Source of the DNA: Phoronis australis
Lineage: Eukaryota > Animalia > Phoronida
Assembly: GCA_002633005.1 (NCBI GenBank)
Contig: NMRA01000325.1
Span: 165,290-229,289, forward strand
Direction: 5' to 3'
Length of the DNA: 64,000 nt
The translations under genes and the position numbers were made by a program. The notes below the pieces were generated by a model. That model saw only the letters and a program-made list of their open reading frames with translations, was not told where the DNA came from and ran no database searches. Positions 27,056 through 39,100 of this stretch are shown here, piece after piece; position 1 is the first letter of the stretch, and each line of letters opens with the position of its first letter.

Positions 27056-27387
27056 GAGGTGGAAAGCTAATCACTGCCTTCTAAATGATAACATCGCTAT
27101 GTTTGAGATTTCAAATATATGTCCCTCGTTCAGTTACGCCGTTGTTACATCAGTAACAATAGGGATGTCCCGGATTACACACAGCGATAGAACTCTGCTA
27201 TGAACAGGAGAAAAGAAAGCGTGTGACCTCGTTTTGGAATTCTGGCACATTTTCGTGTCTGCCATTGACGTCAGGAAGGGGAAGAATTTCAGATTGGAGT
27301 TGCAGCCCACAGCACAGCAGTAATACTTCGTTGGCATTGGAAAGACGAATTGAGTAATGTAACCAAGAAAAACTTGCACACCACCTT
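27056..27387 (-). mobile_element. Decayed DNA-transposon relic with a THAP-like N-terminus (possibly Kolobok-type)
   Basis: Minus strand MPTKYYCCAVGCNSNLKFFPF resembles the THAP start MP.xCxxxxCxN..xFF.FP; degenerate AGGTGG..CCACCT ends. Confidence 0.45.
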
Positions 27388-29971
27388 TGAAACACCTTAT
27401 TTCTCTCTAATAATTTGTCCAACAGGTGTCTGATGAGGTGAAAATAGTTCTTATACGTATAGATGCGTTAGTAAAAATATGTTGTACACAAAGCACGAAC
27501 TAAATTCAGGTAATCAGTGTCCGTGGTTTTCTGTACAATTAACTACCGCATTACAGTGCCAGCTTGCCAAATCAAGCAACAAAAGTTTTTATAAAGACTT
27601 AAAAACTGTGTTGTTACAGTAGCGGTCAATATGAAAAAATATTGACTTCGAAATATTGGCAGTTGGTGAGTTTATTCTTCATAATCTATCCAAATCATTC
27701 AATATACCGTAAGTCAAAAATAGCTCAATTAGATGGTATTAACAGTCTAGGTAGAGCTTATGAAGAATGGTTCCACAGACTGTTATCTGAATCTATAACC
27801 AAACATTCACTGGCATAAGGAGAGCACTCATAGGCAAAGCATGTGAAATTTGACTGTATAGCTGGGAAAATGGTTTCACTCTCACACCTGTTGAATTTCA
27901 AGCTTCTTGGGCCCCTCATGTGATGAATATATAGGAAGAGCCTGAGACGGGAAAGAATGCCAGTTGGCTCCTAAATGTCAACAAGCTCTTAGAACAAATG
28001 ATATCATGCAGTCCATCAAGAAAAATTTTGCAGCTTGGGACAGCAAAAATTTATTATTTTTACTCAAGGTGAAAACTTGTACCACTTTTTGGCCATTGCA
28101 ATTCAAGAATTTCAATCAACCACAAATGATCATTCGATATTAAATGGTATGGGAACGAATAAAAATGTCATATCGCCAACTCTTCGCTGATTTTATGAAC
28201 TGCTAAGACCCTGATGATACAAAACACCGAAATCATCCATGTACCAATCTTCAGAATCAAAAAAATAATTTCAGCTTGAAGTGAATCTCCGTAGCCCAAA
28301 TATCACAGACTGCTCCAGATGGGAGAATTTTTATCGTAACAAACAACTTTGGTAAACAGACGACTACAAGAAATCACACTTATAACAAACAAACACATTA
28401 AACAATGTTAATGAATTATAGCAATCAAATTCTGGTTTGGGGAATGCCTGAATTTCGACACCACATTGGACTGAGGGTACATACAAACTGCCCTATGCCT
28501 AGCGGGAGATTTGAGTTGAGTGACAGCCCTGTAACCTTTGACCTCGGATAAGAAGTACCGTAAACAATTTTTTTTGTGGTTGTGCAGCTACAAGGTGGTT
28601 CTGTTAAATCTGTTTTCTTACTACATTTAGTATTTGAAGTTGCCTGATAATGAAGATACAGAATTTTGCTAAACATATGTGGAATATTATAAAAATGGAA
28701 AAATTTCTGATAAACCCCTGGCATGTATACAGAAGATGGTGCTTCTTTCTGATGCTAATTTAACTACAGACCCTTTAATATCCACTTAACTCTGGTACGA
28801 AAGGAGCATCGATATTAACAGCGAAGTTAATAGAAATGATCATACTGGCTTCAGTAGTTAACGGAAATCGAACTAAACTGTAGTCGACGCTGTCGTCATC
28901 GAAGTTGTTGTGTTGTCGTCTCAGACTCGGGTCAGAACGAGTGCACGGAACCAAGTTTGCATTGTCTCCTTCCATACTCAACCTCCATTGTTAGGTAGGT
29001 TGAGAGACAAGCTGTTGCCAAGGTAGCACTGATGCTCGAGGTGACTTTCACCTCAGCTTTTTTATGATGTCCCGTCACTGGCCGTCAGCGCTAAGGACTT
29101 TTAAAAGTGGCATGTTATGAACCTTTACTTGCAATAAACGACATAAAACGGATTCTTTTATTTAATATTTTGAGCAAAAGAATAGCAAATTGTGATACCA
29201 CCACCCTGTGTTGAGGACTGAATAGCAGTGGCTCCTGTCGATAACTTCGATTAGACCTACCTTAATCGTTCACACCACACCACAAAGTCAGATCCACCTG
29301 TTTACTATGGAGTTTACTGTCACTGCTAACTTCGACCCAGGACCAAGGTTACGCATATATACTGACCATAAAACATCTGATTCAATGCTTTGATGTTAGT
29401 ACAAAAGGACATTTAATGTGGAGTGAGTATACTTTCGAAAAAGATTGCAACGATTAAACAGAACATGATTACTTGTCTAGTGAGCTGTATATTTAAAGGA
29501 GCAATAAAAATAAATCAGGACAAATTCAAGTTGAAAATAATTCAAATTTGAAAACTAGTATCGTATTAATTTCCTTTTCAAAATATCTATTTTTGCAACC
29601 AATGATTGTCATTCCAAAAAGTATATCAAAATTTCCTAACTTTCCCCACTGGTGAGCACTGCCAACAATGGATGATGTTATCAGGACACTAACCTCTATA
29701 CTCCAGCAGAGACCAAAACTCATAAATGATGGACTTTTGATAAAAGCAATCAATGGAGAGCACAGGTGACCCAACTGATATTAGGAGGTTACTCTACTAA
29801 GTTCAAATGACAAAGTAACTCATGCCCTGATTAATTTCTAAAGCATTGTTGATAAGCAATTGACCAATGTCTTTCACTGTATGACACCACAGACAATACA
29901 AGTACATTCTCGAGAGTTCTGATGAAGACACAAATCAATATGTACAATGACTTAGCACTTGACCAATAGAC

Positions 29972-30340
29972 TTCCATCAAGACACCAGTCTACCTTTCCA
30001 TCAAGACACACCAGTCTACCTTTCCATCAAGACACATCAGTCTACCTTTCCATCAAGACACATCAGTCTACCTTTCCATCAAGACACCCTAGTCTACCTT
30101 TCCATCAAGACACACCAGTCTACCTTTCCATCAAGACACATCAGTCTACCTTTCCATCCAGACACACCAGTCTGTCTCTCCATCAAGACACATCAGTCTA
30201 CCTTTCCATCAAGACACACCAGTCTACCTTTCCATCAAGACACACCAGTCTACCTTTCCATGAAGACACATCAGTCTACATTTCCATCAAGACACACCAG
30301 TCTACCTTTCCATCAAGACACATCAGTCTACCTTTTCCAT
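29972..30340. repeat. 26-bp minisatellite, about 14 copies
   Basis: Unit TTCCATCAAGACACA(C/T)CAGTCTACCT. Confidence 0.95.
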
Positions 30341-30704
30341 GGTACAGTCTGTTCACAAGTGGTGGTTGCAGAGTCAAATTCCCACACATTTCCACAGAGC
30401 AGAATTACACATTTTAAGTCATGTTAACTATCTTTAACTATTTCATTGCCAATTTTTTTAGAATAGCATTTCCAGGTACTTGCCAAATTTTTGGGAAACC
30501 TACAAGACATTACAATAACAAACATGTATCGATAGTCAACAGAAAATATGAAATGGGTTTTGGTTAAAACAATACTTGTCTTATAATAAAGAATCATTTT
30601 GAATTCAAATCAAAACCCCAGCAGTGGACAGACTAGGGAGGCCATTGCATCAATCACAACTACAACAGGTAAGCGATCTTTAAAAATGGGGAGCAAATCA
30701 AAAT

Positions 30705-31727
30705 GAAAGTGCTCCGAGGAGCGAAACTTGGCGAAATTAACAGATAAGACGACAATAGAGATGAAGATGACGGATATGATGACGATGGTGGCGATGATGA
30801 ACAATACGAGTAATGATAACATTCATATGACAAATGTAGAGGTTAGAAATCAGTAAGAAATAGACTGCACTCTTGAGCGACACTTGGCGATCCTGAAAAG
30901 ATGACGACGGAGATGATGATGAAGATGACGAATATGATGATGGTGGTAGCGAAAAATGGAAAGCATCTTCTGAAAGCCCGTTCAAAACACTATCTAAATT
31001 GATAGTATCACACAATTCTGTAAATTTTTCGAAAAAAATGAAATTTTGCGTTTATTTAAGAAATTCAAACTCAAATACCTCGAAAACGGTAAGCCTGAGA
31101 AAAAAATTATTACAGGTCATTTGAAAGGGTATACCTCAAAGAATCCACATGCAAAAAAATTCACATCATTTCCTCTTCCCGCTTAAAATGGCACCCCAGC
31201 ACGACTGAAAATGGGTCAACATGTGCCAGATCCGCCATCTTGAAAGTAACTTCCGGTTTGTTGGCTCTGTATAATAACACGTCATAAGAAACTAATACCT
31301 GCAAAAATTCGAAGGAATTGGCCCTATAATGCCCCCTATACAGGAGAAAACGTTTTTAGGCCAAAATCGAGGTGTGCATGCGCGATCGCCAATATTTCTG
31401 CCATCTTTAACCGGAAGTTAACAATTTCCGGTATACTTGGAGCACACTTCCGGTCCAATAACTGTGCCGATTCTCAGCCCTGTACGTAAAAAATTGTAGC
31501 CTCCAGAAGCATTTGAACCTTTAAATGAAAACAAAATGGCCGCCACATCCGCCATCTTGGATCCGATTATGACGAAAAACAATTTAGGCTTCCAGTACTT
31601 CTGAAATTACGTGTTATGTGTAAATTTTGTGATGATCGGACAAAAATTGCGACCTGTAACGTGCGAACAAACAAAAAAAACTTAGTGACAGAGCAACATA
31701 CTTGGCAAAATTTATTTCGCCAAGTAA
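30705..31727 (-). mobile_element. Helentron-associated (DINE-1/HINE-like) non-autonomous element
   Basis: Terminal palindrome ACTTGGCAAAATTTATTTCGCCAAGT at about 31700-31725; matching sub-TIR ACTTGGCGAA at about 30726 beside the stem-loop GCTCCGAGGAGC; AAAC run near one end; internal GAT-rich tracts and CCGCCATCTTG motifs. Confidence 0.6.
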
Positions 31728-32623
31728 AAAGATCTTCGTTCAGAATTTGGTAAAACTGTCATCCAGTGGTCTGCTGATTATTCAAACTGTAGGAGGTTCC
31801 TTTAAAGCATTCATATATACAGTACATCTTTGCACAGCTAAAATCATATAGTCTGAAGCTAATTATTTTCCAAAACTTTATAATAACTGATCATTTGCAA
31901 AAATAGATATCTTCCAGGTTCTGACAAATAGTATACTAGACACTTCCACTTCAGCCTCAGGTTTATTGGTCCCTATTATTCAATGGACAACTACATCATA
32001 TATTCTATGCAAGCACTTGAGTAGTAGCTGATATACATCACCACATTACATAATATCTGTGTTACCACTCTGACTCATTCAAGTCTCCATTACACTTCCC
32101 AAAGGCAGAAGGCCTTTTAAACAGACAATAGATGAATTTGTAGTTACAATCATCAAATTAATTTTCATCCTCAGAGACAGTCAGTCTGAAAGATGGAGAA
32201 ACTGGTGGATGTGACTGTTTCATTTTTATAATGAAATAAAAACTTAAACAAGCCTTTTATTTTATGCCATGTAGAAAGTGGCATGGATTCATTTTGAGAA
32301 CTTAAAACAGGACAAAAATTGTCCACTTTCATCCAGATTACACACCTAATACTTAACTTGTTACATGACAGGCCTGTTTTTGACTATCAATACATACATG
32401 CACAAATGCACAGACTACATATACACACGTACATACATGCACATGCACACGCACACACATGCATACATACATCAGTTTTAAGAGGTCGTCGTGACTTGGT
32501 TGATTTTAAATAGCACATGATCACGTGATCATTTTTGTATGTTCGCACTACACTCTAAATTTTCAAAGCAGTTGTTAACGTGATTTGTACGTTTGAGTGT
32601 GGAAAACATTGATTCATACACTA

Positions 32624-32662
32624 GCACACACACACACACACACAAATACACACACACACACA
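32624..32662. repeat. (CA)n microsatellite
   Basis: Direct reading; a degenerate CA/CATA tract also lies at about 32390-32470. Confidence 0.85.
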
Positions 32663-33714
32663 TCAGATGTCAATTGTCATGTAGGGTTTGATTTTACTTT
32701 ATGTCTGTTTCTGTTGATGAAGGATGTTATTATATCCGAAAATTTCAGTGATCCATTTTTGTTGTTTTATTTACGTATATTTAATCTACTTTTCAACAAA
32801 CAAGTGAATCCTTTAGAGGATCTGGATCGTCTCTTTTAGTTTCTGATTTATTTTCTACGTTATTAGTCTTTCCATCTCATGTTCTCTGATTTCAAATTTT
32901 GTAGTATTTTGTTTAAGTTGGTGGTTTTACTTCATGTTATTACATAATTGTTTTTCTTCTGCAAGCAAAATTATAACACTTGAAACTGCATAAAGTCCAA
33001 AAAACTTAATTTAAAAAATTGTACCATACAAGTTTCCTTGCGAACATTGAATATCTGTGGACGTCTACCATTTCAGTCACAAAACCCTAATTAAAGAAAA
33101 TAACAGTTAGGTCCTTCCAAATTTTGACTTCAATTCAAACACAGGTCATCTCTCCACCACACAATAGTGGAACTGATTCTGTGGTGGCAGATGAATATCC
33201 ACGCTTAGTGTATTACTAAAAATTAGCTGTTTTTTAAAAAGCTTGGGGGAAGAGTTCATTTTCACAAAACCACATTGCAGATAAAACTCTTAGTTCCATA
33301 ATACCGTACTTTATAGATATTCTAATTGTGATATTTACAACCTATCCTTTTTATTAAGAGAGAAATGAACATTAGGTCTTCATGAGCATGCCTACCTTCA
33401 TAATCATAAGTATACGACTTGTAAAGAAACTGGAGAGCACATCAATTCGATACGTAGAGCACAATGTGTTGCGACTGAAAGTATTGCAGTACCTTTTGGT
33501 AGCTTTCAAGAAGCCTGTTTTAAATGAACGGCAAACAGGGTCCCGCTGCATTTGTTTGCGCGACATTCCTGTTATGGCCCTCCCTCTCCTCCATTTTTCA
33601 GTATGATGCAGTATTTCACACCCGCTGAGTCCCACTGTGTATTTTACTAGCTTTTGCTTTGTGGTGGTATAACTGCCTTATTTTATTTCCACTTGAGAAT
33701 GAAACTTATTTTAT

Positions 33715-33885
33715 TTCCACTTGAGAATGAAACAAGTATGTTTTGAACAGTGTGTCTTTTAATCATGTCTCTTGGTCAGTTGCCTTAACAATGTTCTGTT
33801 GAGTGTCGAACTTTGTTCCGAGGATACAAACGGAATGGAATAAAGATTACTAACAGTGGCAAGTGTCGTGTATTAAACCAATTTT
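33715..33885. mobile_element. Partial diverged copy of the foldback MITE at 49998-50305
   Basis: Shares CCACTTGAGAATGAAACAAGTATGTTT..ATGTTCTGTTGAG..AATGGAATAAAGA..AAGTGTCGTGT. Confidence 0.6.
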
Positions 33886-35339
33886 GCATAATCACAACTA
33901 TGTTTAGAACTTGCCTTACAATGTACTTTTGGCCTATTGTAATTGTGACAGCAAGTTTTAACTCTCAGGTTTTGCAAATGGTATGTCAATGTTAGCCTTT
34001 GGCCCTTCCTCCTGGAACAAAGCTGCATAATTTTCCAAATATTTATTGTTACAAATACATTTTTGTTGTTTAATACTTGTGCTTATTTTTATGAGTTGAT
34101 TCGTAAGTACTTAACACCAATACTACTTGCATAAAAAATCAGCTGATGCAAATGAAAGTGCAAACAGGGGAAGACTAGCTGTAGACGTTTCTGGCACTAA
34201 TAACCCATAACATGGCTGAATTATCCTGCAAATGGTTTTAAATGACATGACAGAGAACAATAAGTGCATTTTATTTTTACAAGTCTTAAAAACTTCGAAA
34301 AATTGAGCAATTTAACCAAATCTTGAAACGAGAGAACGGACGCTCCGTAAAACCGAAAGTTTTCTATCCTGCCTGTGTAGCGCCCTCTCATTATCAGTGC
34401 TTATGTCCTTTGGTCCGCAACATGCTCAACGCGCTCTGACGGGAGTTGGCAGTCCCTATCTATAGTCTATGCCAGCATTCCATTAACCTACTAATTCAAA
34501 TTAAGTCAATTTTGTGTCTGTGCACTGTTCATTCACATTGGCAACATATCTGTTGAGGGTAGAATGATTTATATTTTGGAAGTTCCCTTTTTATTGGAAA
34601 TAATCACTTACGGACATGCAAACTGTTAGATTGACATATACCAGGGATACAGTTAGCCACTTGCCCTGCCACCAATGCGAGTAAAAATGGTGCTGGGCAA
34701 GAAGAAGTTCACTTGCCGGTCGTCCAGGTGACGAGTGAATTTTCAGGGCGCAAAAGCACTCTTATCGTTTCCCAGTTTGGTACACGTGTGGATGCTCCAG
34801 CAGTAAAAAGCATCGGCGCAGTGTGCTCAAACCATCTAGACAAAAGGTCACAGTTAGTGCAACATGTGGTAGGTCCTGCACAAAGGTGGACTAGTCCGAA
34901 ACAAAGAAAAAGGAGGGAAAGGCCAAAGACCAGTCCATGTGCTCACAGCAAGTGAAATACCATATTTCTTGGAACTGACTTCTTATTGTACAGTGTAATT
35001 TTAGCCAAGATTATTTCATTTATAATAACATTGAAAACACATATAAATTAAAACGGTTGTCCTTATTATCGTTATTAGCGAAATAAAATATCGCAATGTT
35101 TAGCTAGGTCAATCATAAATGTAGAGTCTATTTGGTGTGGCCATGAGATTTACAGGTGCAAAGGCTTTTTCTGTATTTTGGTCCAGCAATATTTTGATTT
35201 AGCAATACAGCACAGCGTCTCTCAGTGTAGCCACTGGCAAGACAATGAGCACGTACGCGAAGGGCGGGAACTTCAGCTTTAACAGTTCGTAACTTCTGAC
35301 CTTCGGCCTGGTTAAAAAAATGAAAAAGTTGATTTCACG

Positions 35340-35545
35340 ATTTTGGGAACTGAAATAGGGACTGCTCGAAGAAAAAGTTTCATAACGGGATTATTTGTTC
35401 GAGTTGGAAGGAATTAAACACATCGACAACCTCCTAAGGTGTTCCTCTATGCGCAAAAGGTATTTATAACAACGTGACTTTGATGGTTTAGTCGGTGCGA
35501 GGCATAATTCGCCGAAAAGCTTCCGGCGTACAGAGCGCCTATAGC
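35340..35545. mobile_element. Arm of foldback MITE family X (empty-site paralogue)
   Basis: GAGTTGGAAGGAATTAAACACATCGACAACCTCCTAAGG..AAAAGCTTCCGGCG matches the flanks of the Kolobok insertion at 36906-38525 and the copy at 62100-62353. Confidence 0.7.
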
Positions 35546-36006
35546 CTCTGCATCGCCTCTGCTTCGGGCCAACAGAGGCGATGGTCATTGCCTAACAAGA
35601 CACAAGCCGCCACAACAACAGACACACTGGAACATCCAGAGACAAAATGGCTAGGTTATTGGTGTTGAGTTGTAACCAGTAACCAACTTGAATTTTATGA
35701 AATACGACAATGGACGGACACATCAACACATGTACACAGTGACATGAACAGGAAACTAACTCCCTGCCCCTGCCCTGGCATGGCACAGGCGCACAGGGAA
35801 ATATGTTTTCCACCGCCACCGGGGATGGTGATCATGTCGACCACGATTTCTCATAGAACACAAGTGTAAAAGTAAACCATACATTCCAGAGGTATTCTTT
35901 CAATATTAATGGCCTCATACACAGTGTATACATTACATGTTCACTCAAAATATTTGCTAAATTATCAAATCAGTTACCTGGGTGTTCAGAGATACGAGTC
36001 CAACCT

Positions 36007-36052
36007 AACTTCCAGTGACGTCACGAGTACTCACTGCGCAGACACGGAAGTT
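36007..36052 (+). promoter_or_regulatory. Candidate FMO proximal promoter motif cluster (CRE, ETS, NRF1-like)
   Basis: Palindromic GTGACGTCAC (36015-36024), TGCGCAGAC, and inverted ETS cores ACTTCC and CGGAAGT, about 140-185 bp upstream of the FMO ATG. Motif match only. Confidence 0.45.
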
Positions 36053-36191
36053 CATGTAAACAGTCAGAGGTCAAAGTGTGGTATACATATGATTTTTGTA
36101 CTTGTCAAATGTCATTGAAACCAAGGTTCATCCAAGAAAACGGGACATCTACTCGTTGTGCATCATCTGCTACAACAGATTACGAAGTGCA

Positions 36192-39100
36192 ATGACGACA
36201 ACTGACGTCGATGCTGTTGTTGTGGGCGGTGGAATTTCTGGTGTAGCAGCTGCGAAATGTCTCCTTGAAACCGGCTTTTCTGTTTCTGTTATCGAGGGCA
36301 CGGACGATGTGGGTGGCCTCTGGACGTACAAAGAAAAAGGTGGTTACGGAGTGATGAAATTCACTCACATGTACGTGAGCATTTGATTTCAAGTCGCTTG
36401 TTGGGGTAATAGTGATCCATGATTTCAAAAAGTGTCGGGTGTCATAAAGACGACTAGACAGTGCACCGTCTTTACTTAGCAGAAGACAGTAACCACCGGT
36501 CAGGTGACTGTCGCCGTCTCTACCATTAGTACTAGCTGGCTCAGTAGAGTCAATGTAGCTCCTATAGGAGCTTGAAACGCCATAAGCTTTACGGCAAATT
36601 ATGCGTCACACTGACTAAAACATCAAAGTCACATTGTTATAAAAACCTTTTGCACATAGAGTACTGGAGGCCGTCAATGTCTTTAATTCCGTCCAACTCC
36701 ATACAAATACTCCCGTTGTGAGCCTTTTTTGAGCAGTTCCTTGGCATTTTACATTGCGCATGCCAGGCGATAGGATGTCATACCACCTGCCGTGCACAGT
36801 GTTCAAAATAGCCAGTTTCTCATTTTGGAAACTCATGAACAGATCAGGGCTGCTTGAAGAAAAAGTTTGATAACGGGAGTATTTGTTCGAGTTGGAAGAA
36901 ATTAAAGGAGAAGGGCGAAGGCCACCTGATTTAATTAGTCTTTTTTACTGTCTTAATCGGTCTATATTTACATCCCCTCTTATATGATCGACCTCACCTT
37001 GCCGAGAAGTGTCGTGTTAACCTGTGAGGAAGGTGAGAAACAACACAGCGACGTCAGTGGTTCGTCTGCAGAGCGAATGCCGCTATATTGCAGTGCATCG
37101 TTCCTGCTTGCCGAACTATGAAGCTGCAAAGAAAGCGGGTATATCGTTTTTTTCGACTTCCTCGAGAGCCCGAAATGCTTAGGAAGTGGTTCGCGGTGGT
37201 GAAGAATGAAAAGTACTGTCAATAGCAAGTATGAGGCCGTGAAACATCTCCGTGTCTGTGGCCGGCATTTCGTCGACAGTGATTTCTCTGACGAATTCCG
37301 GCTAACCAAAGAACTATCCATACATTACGTTGCATGTTCATAGGGCCTCTCTAGTATTTCTTGATCAGTGTATTCCTGTTCGAACTGTGAAACCTAATAA
37401 TCCAACCCGTGAAGTCTTCGTTGGATGAGCTCTTCAATAAGTCGGGATTGGCGCCGTGCGAGTTGCCATGTAGATGGCTATTATTCTGCGTTGTGTTTCA
37501 AAATGAATTGTTCTCATGCTAACCAATGCTTATACAAAACTGAAACAAAGTCTGTCTCATTAGATACAGTTTGTAATGCCTTTGCAGTATTCGTGAGTGC
37601 AAATGTTGAGAAGCCAGCAATGAATAAACCACTGCGTTACTGGCTTTTGATGCCGGCAATAAAGGCCGTGTGAGTGCATTCTAATTCAGTGTTTGCTGAC
37701 AGAAAGCTGTTGTAAAACAATTACTCGATTTTATATGCTATGGTCACATGTTAGGGGAATCTTTGTTTAGGAATACAAATACATTGTTCAAATCATTGTT
37801 GCTGTATGACCTTTGCCCTGATTGTCTGTGGAAGGGGAACCCGACTTCGTGGCCCCCGACAAGTAAGTGGATTTTCAGTTTTGTGTCTAATCCACATAAA
37901 TAATTACATGGGCATTATTTCTTTGGCTCACTATTATAGTCTTTTCGTGACTGGAGGTTTAGTTTCCAACTCAAGCTGGTTTATGTTCCTGCCAGTTCTG
38001 GCAGCCAAGACGGGCCCGATTGGATTCCGATCCACTGGCCGGGATAACAAGCATTTTGTGTGTTAAGAACTCAAGAAATCACAAGTCTAAACAACACAAA
38101 TTTAGGTTCTCCTGTATGTATTTCACGGAAGAATACTTCGAATTTATCTCCGAACAGACCCCAAACTTCTGTTACGGACCTTGGTAAATTGGCCTGCCAA
38201 ACTTTGTAGGCTACGGTGTGTCCAAATACCAATAAATCCGTAACAGCAAAATAAAACAACACGTTTTTATAAAAACTCGGTGTATTTTAAGGGTTTTACA
38301 TAGAAGTTTAATGATTTATTGGTGTTAATCGATGAATTCAAGCGATAAGCTGACACCAGTAACCCGTGTTGTGAACTGCTGAACAGACTACGTTTGAAAC
38401 CAATGACGTCACTGGATAATTTCAACACCTCCGTCTGCCTTCAGGTGTCAGGTAGCGCAAATGAACGTGCCGTTATCGAGTAGTAGTAGTGCAAAGTAGA
38501 TTGTCGTTTTGGGTGGCATTCTCCTTTAAGGACATTGACGGCCTCCTAAGGTGTCTCTCTATGCACAAAAGGTACTTAAAGCAACGTGACTTTGATTTTT
38601 TAATCAGGGTGAGAAGTAATTCGCCGAAAAGCTTCCGGCACATGAAGCTCCTACAGGAGCTACTCGGTCTCTATTGGCCAACTGATGGTGGTCACTGTTT
38701 ACTTAGGAGAAGAGTCATACTCCCATAGCCTAGAGCCTTTGTGGGTTATGCCAGAAGCTTTTCGGCGTATGTCACATTGATATAAATACCTTTTTGCACA
38801 TAGGGGGGACAACTTAGGAGGGCGTCGATGTCTTGTTGTGCTCCCGTGCTGTTGGGTGAGTTTCCCGATTTCACTGGTCAGGAACTTGGGATACAGCCAT
38901 GTCGTTATCAGTGATAGCACAGGGAGAAAGTTGGCTAACCAATATTTATGTAGTTTAGGTCTCTCATTGTCAGCGTTCATCTGATAAATAATAATAATAA
39001 ACTTAAAGGAGAATGCCTCCCAAAAAACAAGTTAACGGCAGACGGAAGTGTTGAAATTATCCAATGAGGTCATGGGTTTCACACGCAGTCTGTTCAGCAG

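Noticed and set aside
27720-28060. Possible further decayed LINE fragment
   Set aside because: Only faint peptide resemblance, which is not enough without a search.
28205-28240. CTGATGA...CGAAA hammerhead-like core
   Set aside because: No pairing for stem II and no flanking stems I or III were found.
29959-30417. 152-aa repetitive ORF, or a CRISPR-like array
   Set aside because: It is a head-to-tail 26-bp minisatellite with no unique spacers, in eukaryotic DNA.
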